NCBI GenBank assembly: GCA_964387515.1
Contig: CAYLXD010000004.1
Span: 1-35,970 of the forward strand
Origin: an uncultured Pirellulales bacterium
Lineage (GTDB): Bacteria; Planctomycetota; Phycisphaerae; Sedimentisphaerales; Anaerobacaceae
DNA length: 35,970 nt
Reading direction: 5' to 3'
Positions within the stretch are counted from its first letter, which is position 1, and the number at the start of each line of letters is the position of its first letter. Under the pieces are notes generated by a model that was not told the DNA's origin, searched no databases, and was given only the letters and a program-made list of their open reading frames with translations. The translations under genes were made by a program, and so were the position numbers. This document shows, piece after piece, positions 19,143 through 27,686 of the stretch.

Positions 19143-21287
19143 ATGAAGCAGGTTTTGCAGAATCTAAAAACGGGTCAACTGGAGGTTGCTGAGGTGCCGG
19201 CGCCAATGGTAAAACCCGGGCACTTGCTTATACAGACCCGGTGCAGCCTCATATCGAGTGGAACTGAACGAATGCTGGTCTCGTTTGCCAGGAGCGGACT
19301 AATCGGCAAGGCTAAACAGCAGCCGGACAAAGTAAAGCAGGTTATAGATAAAATAAAAACCGATGGTTTACTGCCGACGCTTCACAGCGTTTTTGCCAGG
19401 CTTGATGAGCCGCTGCCACTTGGTTACTGCAATTGCGGTACAGTTATCGAAGTTGGTAAAGGGGTCGGAGAGTTCAAGGTCGGCGACAGGGTCGTAAGCA
19501 ACGGACCACATGCAGAGATAGTCTCTGTCCCCAAGAACCTTTGTGCTAAGGTACCCGACAACGTTACCGATGAGCAAGCGGCATTTGCAGTCTTGGCGTC
19601 GATAGGTATACAAGGCATACGTTTAATTGAGCCGACATTCGGCGAAACTATCGCTATCTTTGGCTTGGGGTTGATAGGACTGATGTCTGTGCAATTGCTG
19701 AAAGCGTGTGGTTGTAGAGTAATAGGGATTGATTTAAGCGCGGACAGGCTGGAGATGGCTCGCAAGTTTGGTGCTGAAGTCATAGATATTTCCGGCGGTT
19801 CAGACCCCGTTGGTGCAGCGATGGCCTATTCGGACAACAAAGGTGTCGATGCGGTGTTGATTACCGCCTCAGCAGAGCGGGACACAATAATTCATCAGTC
19901 GGCACAGATGTGCCGAAAGCGAGGCCGAATAGTTCTGGTTGGTGTTGTGAATTTGCATATTGACCGTGCTGATTTTTACGAGAAAGAGTTGACTTTCCAG
20001 GTTTCGTGTTCGTACGGGCCGGGCCGATATGATACCGAATATGAAGACAAGGGGCATGACTATCCATATGGTTTTGTACGCTGGACGGAGCAAAGGAATT
20101 TCGAAGCAATTCTGAGCAGTATGTCTGCTGGGACACTGTTTGTCGACGATTTGATAAGTGAGCGTATTCCGTTGTCTGAAGCTCCTGAGGCTTACAAGCT
20201 TCTGATGGACGAGCCATCGAAGATGGCCCTTATATTGACATATCCTTATGGTGCAGCTAAAGCCGCTGGGACAATCGAAACCCCCACCGAATATGTCAAG
20301 TCACCTGTTTTTCCGCAGGTTGTGGCCGGCCTGATAGGAGCCGGGAATTTCGCAAAGCTGACGTTACTGCCGGCTGTAAAACCTCTTGGTATTCGTCTTA
20401 AGATGGTTGCTGATATCAATGGTGTTTCAGGAGCGCACACAGCGCGTAAATTTGGTTTTGAAAATGCCACGAACGATTACAAGGAAATACTAATTGACCC
20501 TGAAATAAACATTGTATTTATCACAACGCGCCATGATTTGCATGCTCCTATGGTAATAGAAGCCCTCGAAGCCGGCAAAAATGTACATGTCGAAAAGCCT
20601 TTATGTTTGAATCGAGAGGAACTGGCTTGTGTAAAAGAGGCTTACGAAAAGGCTGATGGTAGACAACTGCTGGTCGGTTTCAACCGACGGTTCTCGCCGC
20701 ATGCGCAAAAGATATACGCACTGGTTGCGACGCGCAGCGCTCCAATGTGTATGAGCTGGCTAATAAACGCCGGACATATCCCGGCAGACGTTTGGGTGCA
20801 GGACAGGGCTGTTGGTGGGGGACGTATAATAGGGGAAGGCTGTCACTGGCTTGATTTTATGAGATATTTAGTGGCTGAACCAATCATCCAAGTATCGGCA
20901 ACTATGGTCGGACAGGCTCGAGGTGTAGAGATTCGCGATGACAAGATGAGCATTACGGTTGGTTTCGCAGATGGCTCAATAGGGACGGTACATTATTTCG
21001 CAAACGGCTATAAGAGTTATCCGAAAGAGACTTTTGAACTTTTCTGTGATGGAAAGATTTTACGGCTGGATAATTTCCGAAAACTCAGCGGTTTCGGCTG
21101 GAGCAATTTCAGGAACATGAACTTGTTCAGCCAGGACAAAGGTCATAAAGCTGAATTTCGTTATTTTGTAGAAAGTATAAAAAGCGGTGGTGACCCTTTG
21201 ATACCGTTTGCTGAAATTGAAAATGTAACCCTTGCGAGTTTTGCAGCCGTCAAATCGGCCGAAGGGGCGGGTCTGGTCAAAATCTAA
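19143..21287 (+). CDS. Bi-domain oxidoreductase: MDR alcohol-dehydrogenase-like N-domain fused to Gfo/Idh/MocA C-domain
   Basis: N-terminal half: MKQVLQNLKTG ... GYCNCGTVIEVGKGV ... IFGLGLIGL (GxGxxG). C-terminal half: VVAGLIGAGNFAK ... VHVEKPL, typical of Gfo/Idh/MocA. ATG 19143 is preferred over 19128. Confidence 0.85.
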   Translation: MKQVLQNLKTGQLEVAEVPAPMVKPGHLLIQTRCSLISSGTERMLVSFARSGLIGKAKQQPDKVKQVIDKIKTDGLLPTLHSVFARLDEPLPLGYCNCGTVIEVGKGVGEFKVGDRVVSNGPHAEIVSVPKNLCAKVPDNVTDEQAAFAVLASIGIQGIRLIEPTFGETIAIFGLGLIGLMSVQLLKACGCRVIGIDLSADRLEMARKFGAEVIDISGGSDPVGAAMAYSDNKGVDAVLITASAERDTIIHQSAQMCRKRGRIVLVGVVNLHIDRADFYEKELTFQVSCSYGPGRYDTEYEDKGHDYPYGFVRWTEQRNFEAILSSMSAGTLFVDDLISERIPLSEAPEAYKLLMDEPSKMALILTYPYGAAKAAGTIETPTEYVKSPVFPQVVAGLIGAGNFAKLTLLPAVKPLGIRLKMVADINGVSGAHTARKFGFENATNDYKEILIDPEINIVFITTRHDLHAPMVIEALEAGKNVHVEKPLCLNREELACVKEAYEKADGRQLLVGFNRRFSPHAQKIYALVATRSAPMCMSWLINAGHIPADVWVQDRAVGGGRIIGEGCHWLDFMRYLVAEPIIQVSATMVGQARGVEIRDDKMSITVGFADGSIGTVHYFANGYKSYPKETFELFCDGKILRLDNFRKLSGFGWSNFRNMNLFSQDKGHKAEFRYFVESIKSGGDPLIPFAEIENVTLASFAAVKSAEGAGLVKI

Positions 21288-21296
21288 AGAGCGTTC

Positions 21297-23453
21297 TTGA
21301 ATAGATTCGAAAAAGCAATTCAATTCATTCGTAACTACGGCATTGGCTTTTGTGTATTTCGCACGCACTATGCGCTCCGTCGGAAAGTCGGGTTGCTGAA
21401 ACGCAAATTTCCTGCCCAACCCTGGTCGCAGATAACACTTTCCGATTGGCTCAAAAGCAGCGCTGACCCTGAGCCGGTAAGCTTTCTTAAAGCCCACCAA
21501 GCCAATGGCGGGCATTTCTTTTTTGACAGTGGTACTATTGTAGGGTTAAACGAATGCTACAAAAAAGAAATCGTATCACAGGCTGACCAGATACTTCAGA
21601 ACCGGTTTCGCTACTTCTTTAACGATTATTACGAGCTTGGCGCCGGTCCCGACTGGTTCCTGAACCCGGTAACCGGTGCCAGAGCAAAGTCTTATCTGCA
21701 CTGGTGTGACATTGACCTTTTCGACCCCACAGTCGGTGATATAAAATTTATCTGGGAGCCATCCCGATTTGCCTGGGTGTATACCTTGGTGCGGGCGTAC
21801 GCGGCAACAGGTGACGAAAAATACGCTGAGAAGTTTTGGACACTGTTTGAGTCTTGGCTCGTTGCCAACCAGCCCAACATAGGGCCGAACTACGCCTGCG
21901 GCCAGGAATGTGCGATTCGTTTGATGGCAATGTGCTTTGCATTGTATGCTTTCTCTCAGGCCCGCCCCAGCACCGTCGAGAGGAAAATAAAACTTGTTAC
22001 CGCAATCGCGGTTCACGCAGACAGAATAGAAAAGAATATAGACTTTGCTATTTCCACCCGCACGAACCATTCTTTAACCGAAGCAGCCGGCCTTTATACT
22101 GCTGGTGTATTATTTCCTGAGTTTGAACGCTCAGAGCATTGGTTAAAACTCGGAAAAAAAGTCTTGATGAAGGAGGGTTTGAAGCAGATTTATCTTGACG
22201 GTGCTTATATCCAGCATTCGATGAATTATCATCGCCTGATGCTGCAGGATTTTCTTTGGGTGCTTCGACTGGCGCAGTTGAACGACGACTCTTTTTGTGA
22301 CGAGTTGTTCTCCCGTGTTAAAAAGGCTGCTGGTTTTCTTTGCCAGATGCAGGATGAATTTAGCGGCAGAATGCCGAACTATGGCCCAAATGATGGAGCT
22401 TTAATTATACCTTTGAATAGCTGTGACTATATGGACTATAGACCTGTTCTGCAGGCAGTGAATTATTTGTTTAATAATGCCAGGTTATATGAGTCAGGGT
22501 CTTGGGATGAAGATTTGGTTTGGCTTTTCGGCCCCCAGGCCTTGGTCGCTCCTTGCAAGCAGGTAGAGCGTAGCAGTAAGGCATATGAGGCGGGGGGGTA
22601 CTATACCCTTCGCAACAATGAAAGCTGGGCAATGATGCGATGCCACAGTTATAGAGACCGTCCCAGCCACGCTGATATGCTCCATCTGGATTTGTGGTGG
22701 AAGGGACATAACATCCTGCGGGATTCCGGCTCGTATATGTATAATTGTGAGCAACCCTGGCAGGACTACTTCGGTTCAACCTTTGCCCACAATACGGTAG
22801 TAGTAAATGGCACCAGTCAGATGCAAAGGCTCACACCCTTTATGTGGTTAGACTGGACGAAGGCAAAACTTACTATGCGCAGGAGTTTTAATGGGGGTGC
22901 CATTGAGATTATGCAGGGTGAGCATTATGGTTTCCGCAAGCCGTACAATGTTATTCATCGTCGGGCGGTTCTGTCATCACAGGATGGTTTTTGGCTGATT
23001 GTCGACGATGTATTGGGAGAGGGGGTTTATGAGGTTGGGGTTTATTGGCAGCTTTGCGACGTCGATTATCAAACCCACGGTAACACCGTGATTTTGCAAA
23101 CGGCTTCGGGACCGGTGTGCCTGGTGCTCTTGGATTCTTCCGGTAGTGGAAAATGCGAATGTTTCAAAGGCAGCGACAGGCCGGCTGGCTGGCAGTCTTT
23201 GTATTATGGGCGTCGTGAGCCTGCGCCGGTGTTCATTTGCTCGGCAAGAGCGGTGCTGCCTGCTCGTTTTATAACTCTTGTCGATCTCGGGGATACGATT
23301 AAAAATGCAGCCTTGGATGGCAGAGAAAAGTTGTCTTGGTTTTCTGAAGTGTCGGGAAAAGAGCACATCGTTGCTCTAAATCTGATTGCAAGCTCCGATA
23401 GGAATATTTTTGTGTTTACCCAGCAGGGTACAGAAAAAATATCTTTGTGTTGA
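21297..23453 (+). CDS. Heparinase II/III-like (alginate-lyase fold) protein without a signal peptide
   Basis: FIWEPSRFAWVYTLVRAYAATGDEKYAEKFWTLFESWLVANQP is the N-terminal alpha/alpha-toroid pattern. SHADMLHLDLWWKGHNILRDSGSYMY is the Hepar_II_III C-domain pattern. TTG start. The N-terminus MNRFEKAIQFIRNYG is not hydrophobic. Confidence 0.8.
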   Translation: MNRFEKAIQFIRNYGIGFCVFRTHYALRRKVGLLKRKFPAQPWSQITLSDWLKSSADPEPVSFLKAHQANGGHFFFDSGTIVGLNECYKKEIVSQADQILQNRFRYFFNDYYELGAGPDWFLNPVTGARAKSYLHWCDIDLFDPTVGDIKFIWEPSRFAWVYTLVRAYAATGDEKYAEKFWTLFESWLVANQPNIGPNYACGQECAIRLMAMCFALYAFSQARPSTVERKIKLVTAIAVHADRIEKNIDFAISTRTNHSLTEAAGLYTAGVLFPEFERSEHWLKLGKKVLMKEGLKQIYLDGAYIQHSMNYHRLMLQDFLWVLRLAQLNDDSFCDELFSRVKKAAGFLCQMQDEFSGRMPNYGPNDGALIIPLNSCDYMDYRPVLQAVNYLFNNARLYESGSWDEDLVWLFGPQALVAPCKQVERSSKAYEAGGYYTLRNNESWAMMRCHSYRDRPSHADMLHLDLWWKGHNILRDSGSYMYNCEQPWQDYFGSTFAHNTVVVNGTSQMQRLTPFMWLDWTKAKLTMRRSFNGGAIEIMQGEHYGFRKPYNVIHRRAVLSSQDGFWLIVDDVLGEGVYEVGVYWQLCDVDYQTHGNTVILQTASGPVCLVLLDSSGSGKCECFKGSDRPAGWQSLYYGRREPAPVFICSARAVLPARFITLVDLGDTIKNAALDGREKLSWFSEVSGKEHIVALNLIASSDRNIFVFTQQGTEKISLC

Positions 23454-23477
23454 CAATCGAATGGTAGGGACTGGTGT

Positions 23478-24713
23478 ATGCGTATTCTTGTAGTTCATCA
23501 GTATTTTCTGGGTAAAAATGACGCCGGTGGTTCCCGCTGGAACCAGTTTGCGAAGTACTGGGCACAGGCGGGACATAAGATTACCGTTCTGGCTGGCACG
23601 GTGCATTACGCCACAGGTAGAAAGCAGCCTGAATATAAGGGCAGATTTATCGTTCGTGAGAGACAAGGAAATAATGTCGACGTGCTGAGATGCTACGTAA
23701 GCGAGGGATACAACAAAAGTTTTGTAGGAAGGTTCTGGGCTTATTTGTCGTTTGCGGTCAGTTCCATCTGGGCTGGCTTGTTTTATGCCGGCAAGTTTGA
23801 CGTAATAATTTGCACATCACCGCCTTTGACCGTTGGTCTTACAGGGTGCGTTTTAGGTGTACTCAAGCGAATTCCAATGGTCTTTGAAGTGCGGGATCTT
23901 TGGCTCGAATCGTTCCTTGACATGGGACTTGTGAAAAATAGATGGGCTATCAAAGTTATGTACTGGCTCCAGAGAAAAATCTATAACTCTGCCAAATGGA
24001 TTAATGTTTTGACACCTGCTTTTGAAGAATTTCTTGTCAAGGTCAATCAAGTTCCTCGGGAAAAAATAAGTATGATTCCTAACGCAGCTGATTTGGACAT
24101 TATCAAGCCAGGTCCACGAAACAACTGGGTACGGGATAAACACCACCTTGGAAATAAGTTTGTTGTTACGTATGTCGGTGCTCATGGGATTACCAACAAA
24201 TTGATGCAGTTGATAGAAGCGGCCAGCATTCTGAAGGAAAAAGACTCTGATGTACAGATTATGCTCGTAGGTGATGGGATAAGAAAACCGATACTTAGGG
24301 AAAAAGTCGCTCAGTTAGGTTTAGATAATATTACTTTTGTGGATTCAGTGCCGAAGAATGTAATTGTTGACTATATTGCTGCCAGTGATGTGTGCACAGC
24401 CGTGCTCCAAAAGCTCGAGTTGTTTAAAGCAATATATCCCAATAAAGTGTTTGACTATATGGCAGCGGCCAGACCTATAATCATTGGCATTGATGGAGTT
24501 GCGAGAAAACTGATCGAGGATGCGGGTTCAGGTATATACGTTGAGCCTGAAAATGCCCAGGAATTTGCCGAGGCAGTATTGAAATTAAAAGAGGACGGGC
24601 AGTGCCGCAGAGAATATGGGGAAAATGGCTTAAATTTCGTAAGGCAGCATTTCTCCAGAGCTTCTTTAGCGGATAAGTATTTAGATATACTGGTTAATAA
24701 GGTGATTGTTTAG
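23478..24713 (+). CDS. GT4-family glycosyltransferase, WbuB-like
   Basis: MRILVVHQYFLGKNDAGGSRWNQFAKYWAQAGHKITVLAG matches the WbuB-type N-terminus. A C-terminal GT-B half is present. Confidence 0.85.
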   Translation: MRILVVHQYFLGKNDAGGSRWNQFAKYWAQAGHKITVLAGTVHYATGRKQPEYKGRFIVRERQGNNVDVLRCYVSEGYNKSFVGRFWAYLSFAVSSIWAGLFYAGKFDVIICTSPPLTVGLTGCVLGVLKRIPMVFEVRDLWLESFLDMGLVKNRWAIKVMYWLQRKIYNSAKWINVLTPAFEEFLVKVNQVPREKISMIPNAADLDIIKPGPRNNWVRDKHHLGNKFVVTYVGAHGITNKLMQLIEAASILKEKDSDVQIMLVGDGIRKPILREKVAQLGLDNITFVDSVPKNVIVDYIAASDVCTAVLQKLELFKAIYPNKVFDYMAAARPIIIGIDGVARKLIEDAGSGIYVEPENAQEFAEAVLKLKEDGQCRREYGENGLNFVRQHFSRASLADKYLDILVNKVIV

Positions 24714-24796
24714 AAAGCGACGAGTACAATAATAACCTTAGGCAATTAGCTGTGGACAAGTTTGCCGAGTTCGAAATTGTATCGAAGAGGGTTTTA

Positions 24797-25714
24797 ATGG
24801 TAAATGCCCTGACGATAGATGTTGAGGATTACTGGAGTATTTTTTCACGAGACTGGCTTGGTCTTGATCAGGAACCCAGTGACGCAGTGGTTAAAAATAC
24901 CGAGTGGTTTCTGGAAACACTCGATCTCTTCAGTGTTAAAGCTACTTTTTTCGTACTGGGTAGGGTGGCAATCAGGTTCCCTGGTTTGGTAAGAAAAATT
25001 GCCCGTGCCGGTCATGAGATTGGAAGCCATGGTATTTCTCACGAGCAGATTTTCAAATTCACCAAAGAGCAGTTTCGCAGCGAGATAACCGATTCTAAGA
25101 AGCTACTCGAAGATATTGTTTCCGGTCTGGTATTTGGATATCGGGCACCGGCCTTTTCTATAATGCCGCAGACAAAATGGGCGCTGGAAGTGTTGGCCGA
25201 AGCAGGCTTTAACTACGACTCGAGTGTTTTTCCGATTTCAGGCAGGCGCTACGGCTGGCCCGGGTTTAGCAGAGATATAGCCAGGATTGAGCTGCCGTCT
25301 GGTCGAACCATTGTTGAAGTTCCAATGTCGACAGTAAGCATTTTGGGCAAAATTCTTCCAGTTGCAGGTGGTGGTTACATAAGACATTTCCCTTACTTTA
25401 TCACAAAATGGGCAATGGAGCACATCCAAAAAAGGAACAGGCCTGTAATAGTTTATGTGCACCCATACGAGGTTGATACCGGTGTGCGAACATTTGATAC
25501 GAAACAACTTTCCTATAAGAAAAGAATCAGAGCGATGAAGTTTCACAAAATGCAGCTAAGAAACAGAAACACCGTTCGCGGAAAACTAACTAAATTGCTG
25601 TCAGAATTTGAATTTGCCACCGTAAAGCAGGTGATAGAAAAAACCGTGGTGCGTTCATATAAGGAGGCCATAAAAGATGAAGTCCGAGACCGCTGGTACA
25701 CAGAGATATTTTGA
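24797..25714 (+). CDS. Polysaccharide deacetylase family protein (DUF3473 / PEP-CTERM-locus subtype)
   Basis: ALTIDVEDYWSIFS, FFVLG, GHEIGSHGISHE, YRAPAFSI. ATG 24797 with GAAGAGG upstream is preferred over GTG 24752. Confidence 0.8.
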   Translation: MVNALTIDVEDYWSIFSRDWLGLDQEPSDAVVKNTEWFLETLDLFSVKATFFVLGRVAIRFPGLVRKIARAGHEIGSHGISHEQIFKFTKEQFRSEITDSKKLLEDIVSGLVFGYRAPAFSIMPQTKWALEVLAEAGFNYDSSVFPISGRRYGWPGFSRDIARIELPSGRTIVEVPMSTVSILGKILPVAGGGYIRHFPYFITKWAMEHIQKRNRPVIVYVHPYEVDTGVRTFDTKQLSYKKRIRAMKFHKMQLRNRNTVRGKLTKLLSEFEFATVKQVIEKTVVRSYKEAIKDEVRDRWYTEIF

Positions 25715-26330
25715 CAGTGTTCCGAAGCGATGGGATGCGCTTTATTCTCATGAGAACCAGTTCAAGTACCTTATAAATAATTGGCTGCGCAAGGGACTTT
25801 ACGAGCGGCATCGACTTACTTTTGAGCATTGTGGTGACCTCTCAGGGAAGAGAGTGTTGGATATAGGATGTGGTACCGGCCGATACAGTATCGAATGTGT
25901 GAGGAGAGGAGCTGCCCACGTCATCGGTATAGATTTCGCGCCATCAATGATTGAATTTTCACGGGAAGTAGCCCAGCAATTGAACGTTGCTGATAAATGT
26001 GAGTTTATCTGTGCTGACTTTCTGGCGTATCCATTTGAAGAGTCTTTCGATATTGTTTTGGCACTTGGTGTTTTTGATTATATAAAAGAACCGGAGCCAA
26101 TGTTCAAAAAGATTGCCACACTGTCACCCCGCAAATTCGTGGCATCATTTCCGAAGTATACTCCTTTTTGGAATATTCAACGCAAAATTCGTTACTACTG
26201 GATCAGAAAATGCCCTATTTATGACTACACCACAGAGCAGTTAGAACGGCTGGCTCGCCAGGCGCCGTTTCCCCACTACCAGATCATTCCATGCAAACGA
26301 GGTTACTTTCTGGCAGGGGGCACTGAGTAA
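25677..26330 (+). CDS. Class I SAM-dependent methyltransferase
   Basis: Motif I is VLDIGCGTGRYS, followed by IGIDFAPSMI and DIVLALGVFDY. The gene overlaps the deacetylase gene by 38 nt. Confidence 0.8.
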   Translation: MKSETAGTQRYFDSVPKRWDALYSHENQFKYLINNWLRKGLYERHRLTFEHCGDLSGKRVLDIGCGTGRYSIECVRRGAAHVIGIDFAPSMIEFSREVAQQLNVADKCEFICADFLAYPFEESFDIVLALGVFDYIKEPEPMFKKIATLSPRKFVASFPKYTPFWNIQRKIRYYWIRKCPIYDYTTEQLERLARQAPFPHYQIIPCKRGYFLAGGTE

Positions 26331-26390
26331 TCTGACTTGTCGGTACAAGTTGTTCGCTCAGATAATCTTCTCCGGAATAAAGTGGGCCGA

Positions 26391-27008
26391 ATGGTAATAA
26401 CTGACATTAACCATGACCACGCTGCACAGATTGCCAAACTGCACATCCAAGGCATAAGTACTGGATTTATCAGCTCGCTCGGCATCGACTTTGTTACCGC
26501 CTTGTATGAGGCAATTGCACAGAGCGAATCCAGCTTTGGTTTTGTGGCGCAGGAAGCCGATAAAATTGTCGGGTTCGTGGCGTTTACTGCAGATATCAAC
26601 GTGCTTTACAGATCAGTTATTTTGAGGAAAGGTTTGCGTTTTGTACTTCTTTTGGCTGGGAAGATGTTGTCTTTACAAAGACTGGGAAGAACTTTTGAGA
26701 CTTTGTTCTATCCCAGCAGAATAAAGAAAATGGATTTACCCAAGGCTGAGCTTCTTTCGATAGTGGTTGCCGAAGAGCATCAGAGCAAAGGGGTAGGGTT
26801 GGCTTTGGTGGAAAGAGGTTTTGAGGAGTGTGTACACAGGAAGATAGAGAAAGTAAAGGTTCTTGTCGGTGCGCGAAAGGAACCGGCAAATAAGTTCTAC
26901 CTGAAGTGTGGCTTTGAGCTTGTTGGGCAGATAGAAAATCACGGTGTGCTCAGCAACATCTACGTAGCAGAGACAAGTAAGAGATGGACCGATGAGAAGT
27001 TTATTTAA
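26391..27008 (+). CDS. GNAT-family N-acetyltransferase
   Basis: VVAEEHQSKGVGLALVERG is the acetyl-CoA-binding Q/RxxGxG motif. Followed by NKFYLKCGFE. The start is ATG 26391 or TTG 26337. Confidence 0.75.
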   Translation: MVITDINHDHAAQIAKLHIQGISTGFISSLGIDFVTALYEAIAQSESSFGFVAQEADKIVGFVAFTADINVLYRSVILRKGLRFVLLLAGKMLSLQRLGRTFETLFYPSRIKKMDLPKAELLSIVVAEEHQSKGVGLALVERGFEECVHRKIEKVKVLVGARKEPANKFYLKCGFELVGQIENHGVLSNIYVAETSKRWTDEKFI

Positions 27009-27609
27009 AAGATTTTTCGATTTGTTAGTTTCGTTGTCTGCGATAGTGGTTTTGCTGCCGGTTTTTGCTGTTATTGTCATTGCGATAAAAATTAGCGGCA
27101 GGGGGCCGGCGATTTTCAGACAAGAGCGGGCAGGCAAAAACGGCAAGCCGTTTGTCTTTTATAAGTTCCGTACAATGAAAGCTGATGTCAATCCGTTCGG
27201 GCCGAGCCCAAAAACCGGCGATGACCCACGCCTGACAAGAGTAGGAAAGTTCCTTCGCGAATATTCGCTTGATGAGTTGCCGCAGTTGTTTAACGTGTTG
27301 AAGGGGGATATGAGTATTATCGGACCTCGGCCGTTGTATATCTCACAGATGGCTGAATGGGATGAAAGGCAAAAAAAGAGGCTGCTCGTTAAGCCGGGCC
27401 TTACGGGTTTGGCTCAGATTTCCGGCAGAGGCGAGCTTACACGTGAAGAAAAACTTGAACTTGATGTAAAATATGTTGAAGCTGCTGGTTTCTGGCCTGA
27501 CTTAAAGATAATTTTCACAACCATTGCCCATGTTTTTGGACGAAAGAATATATACGAGAAGAGATATTCTAAAACCGAACATACGAGAGGGCAGATGAGT
27601 AAAAAGTAA
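26992..27609 (+). CDS. Small monotopic phosphoglycosyl transferase (bacterial sugar transferase, PglC/WbaP-C type)
   Basis: One N-terminal re-entrant helix, then FYKFRTMK and DELPQLFNVLKGDMSIIGPRP. The gene overlaps the GNAT gene by 17 nt. Confidence 0.9.
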   Translation: MRSLFKRFFDLLVSLSAIVVLLPVFAVIVIAIKISGRGPAIFRQERAGKNGKPFVFYKFRTMKADVNPFGPSPKTGDDPRLTRVGKFLREYSLDELPQLFNVLKGDMSIIGPRPLYISQMAEWDERQKKRLLVKPGLTGLAQISGRGELTREEKLELDVKYVEAAGFWPDLKIIFTTIAHVFGRKNIYEKRYSKTEHTRGQMSKK

Positions 27610-27686
27610 TTGGTTGAACGTAATAGTAACTCATAAAGGGTAGGTGGTTTGTCATTAAAGTCAAATACAAAACAAAAATAGAGCGG

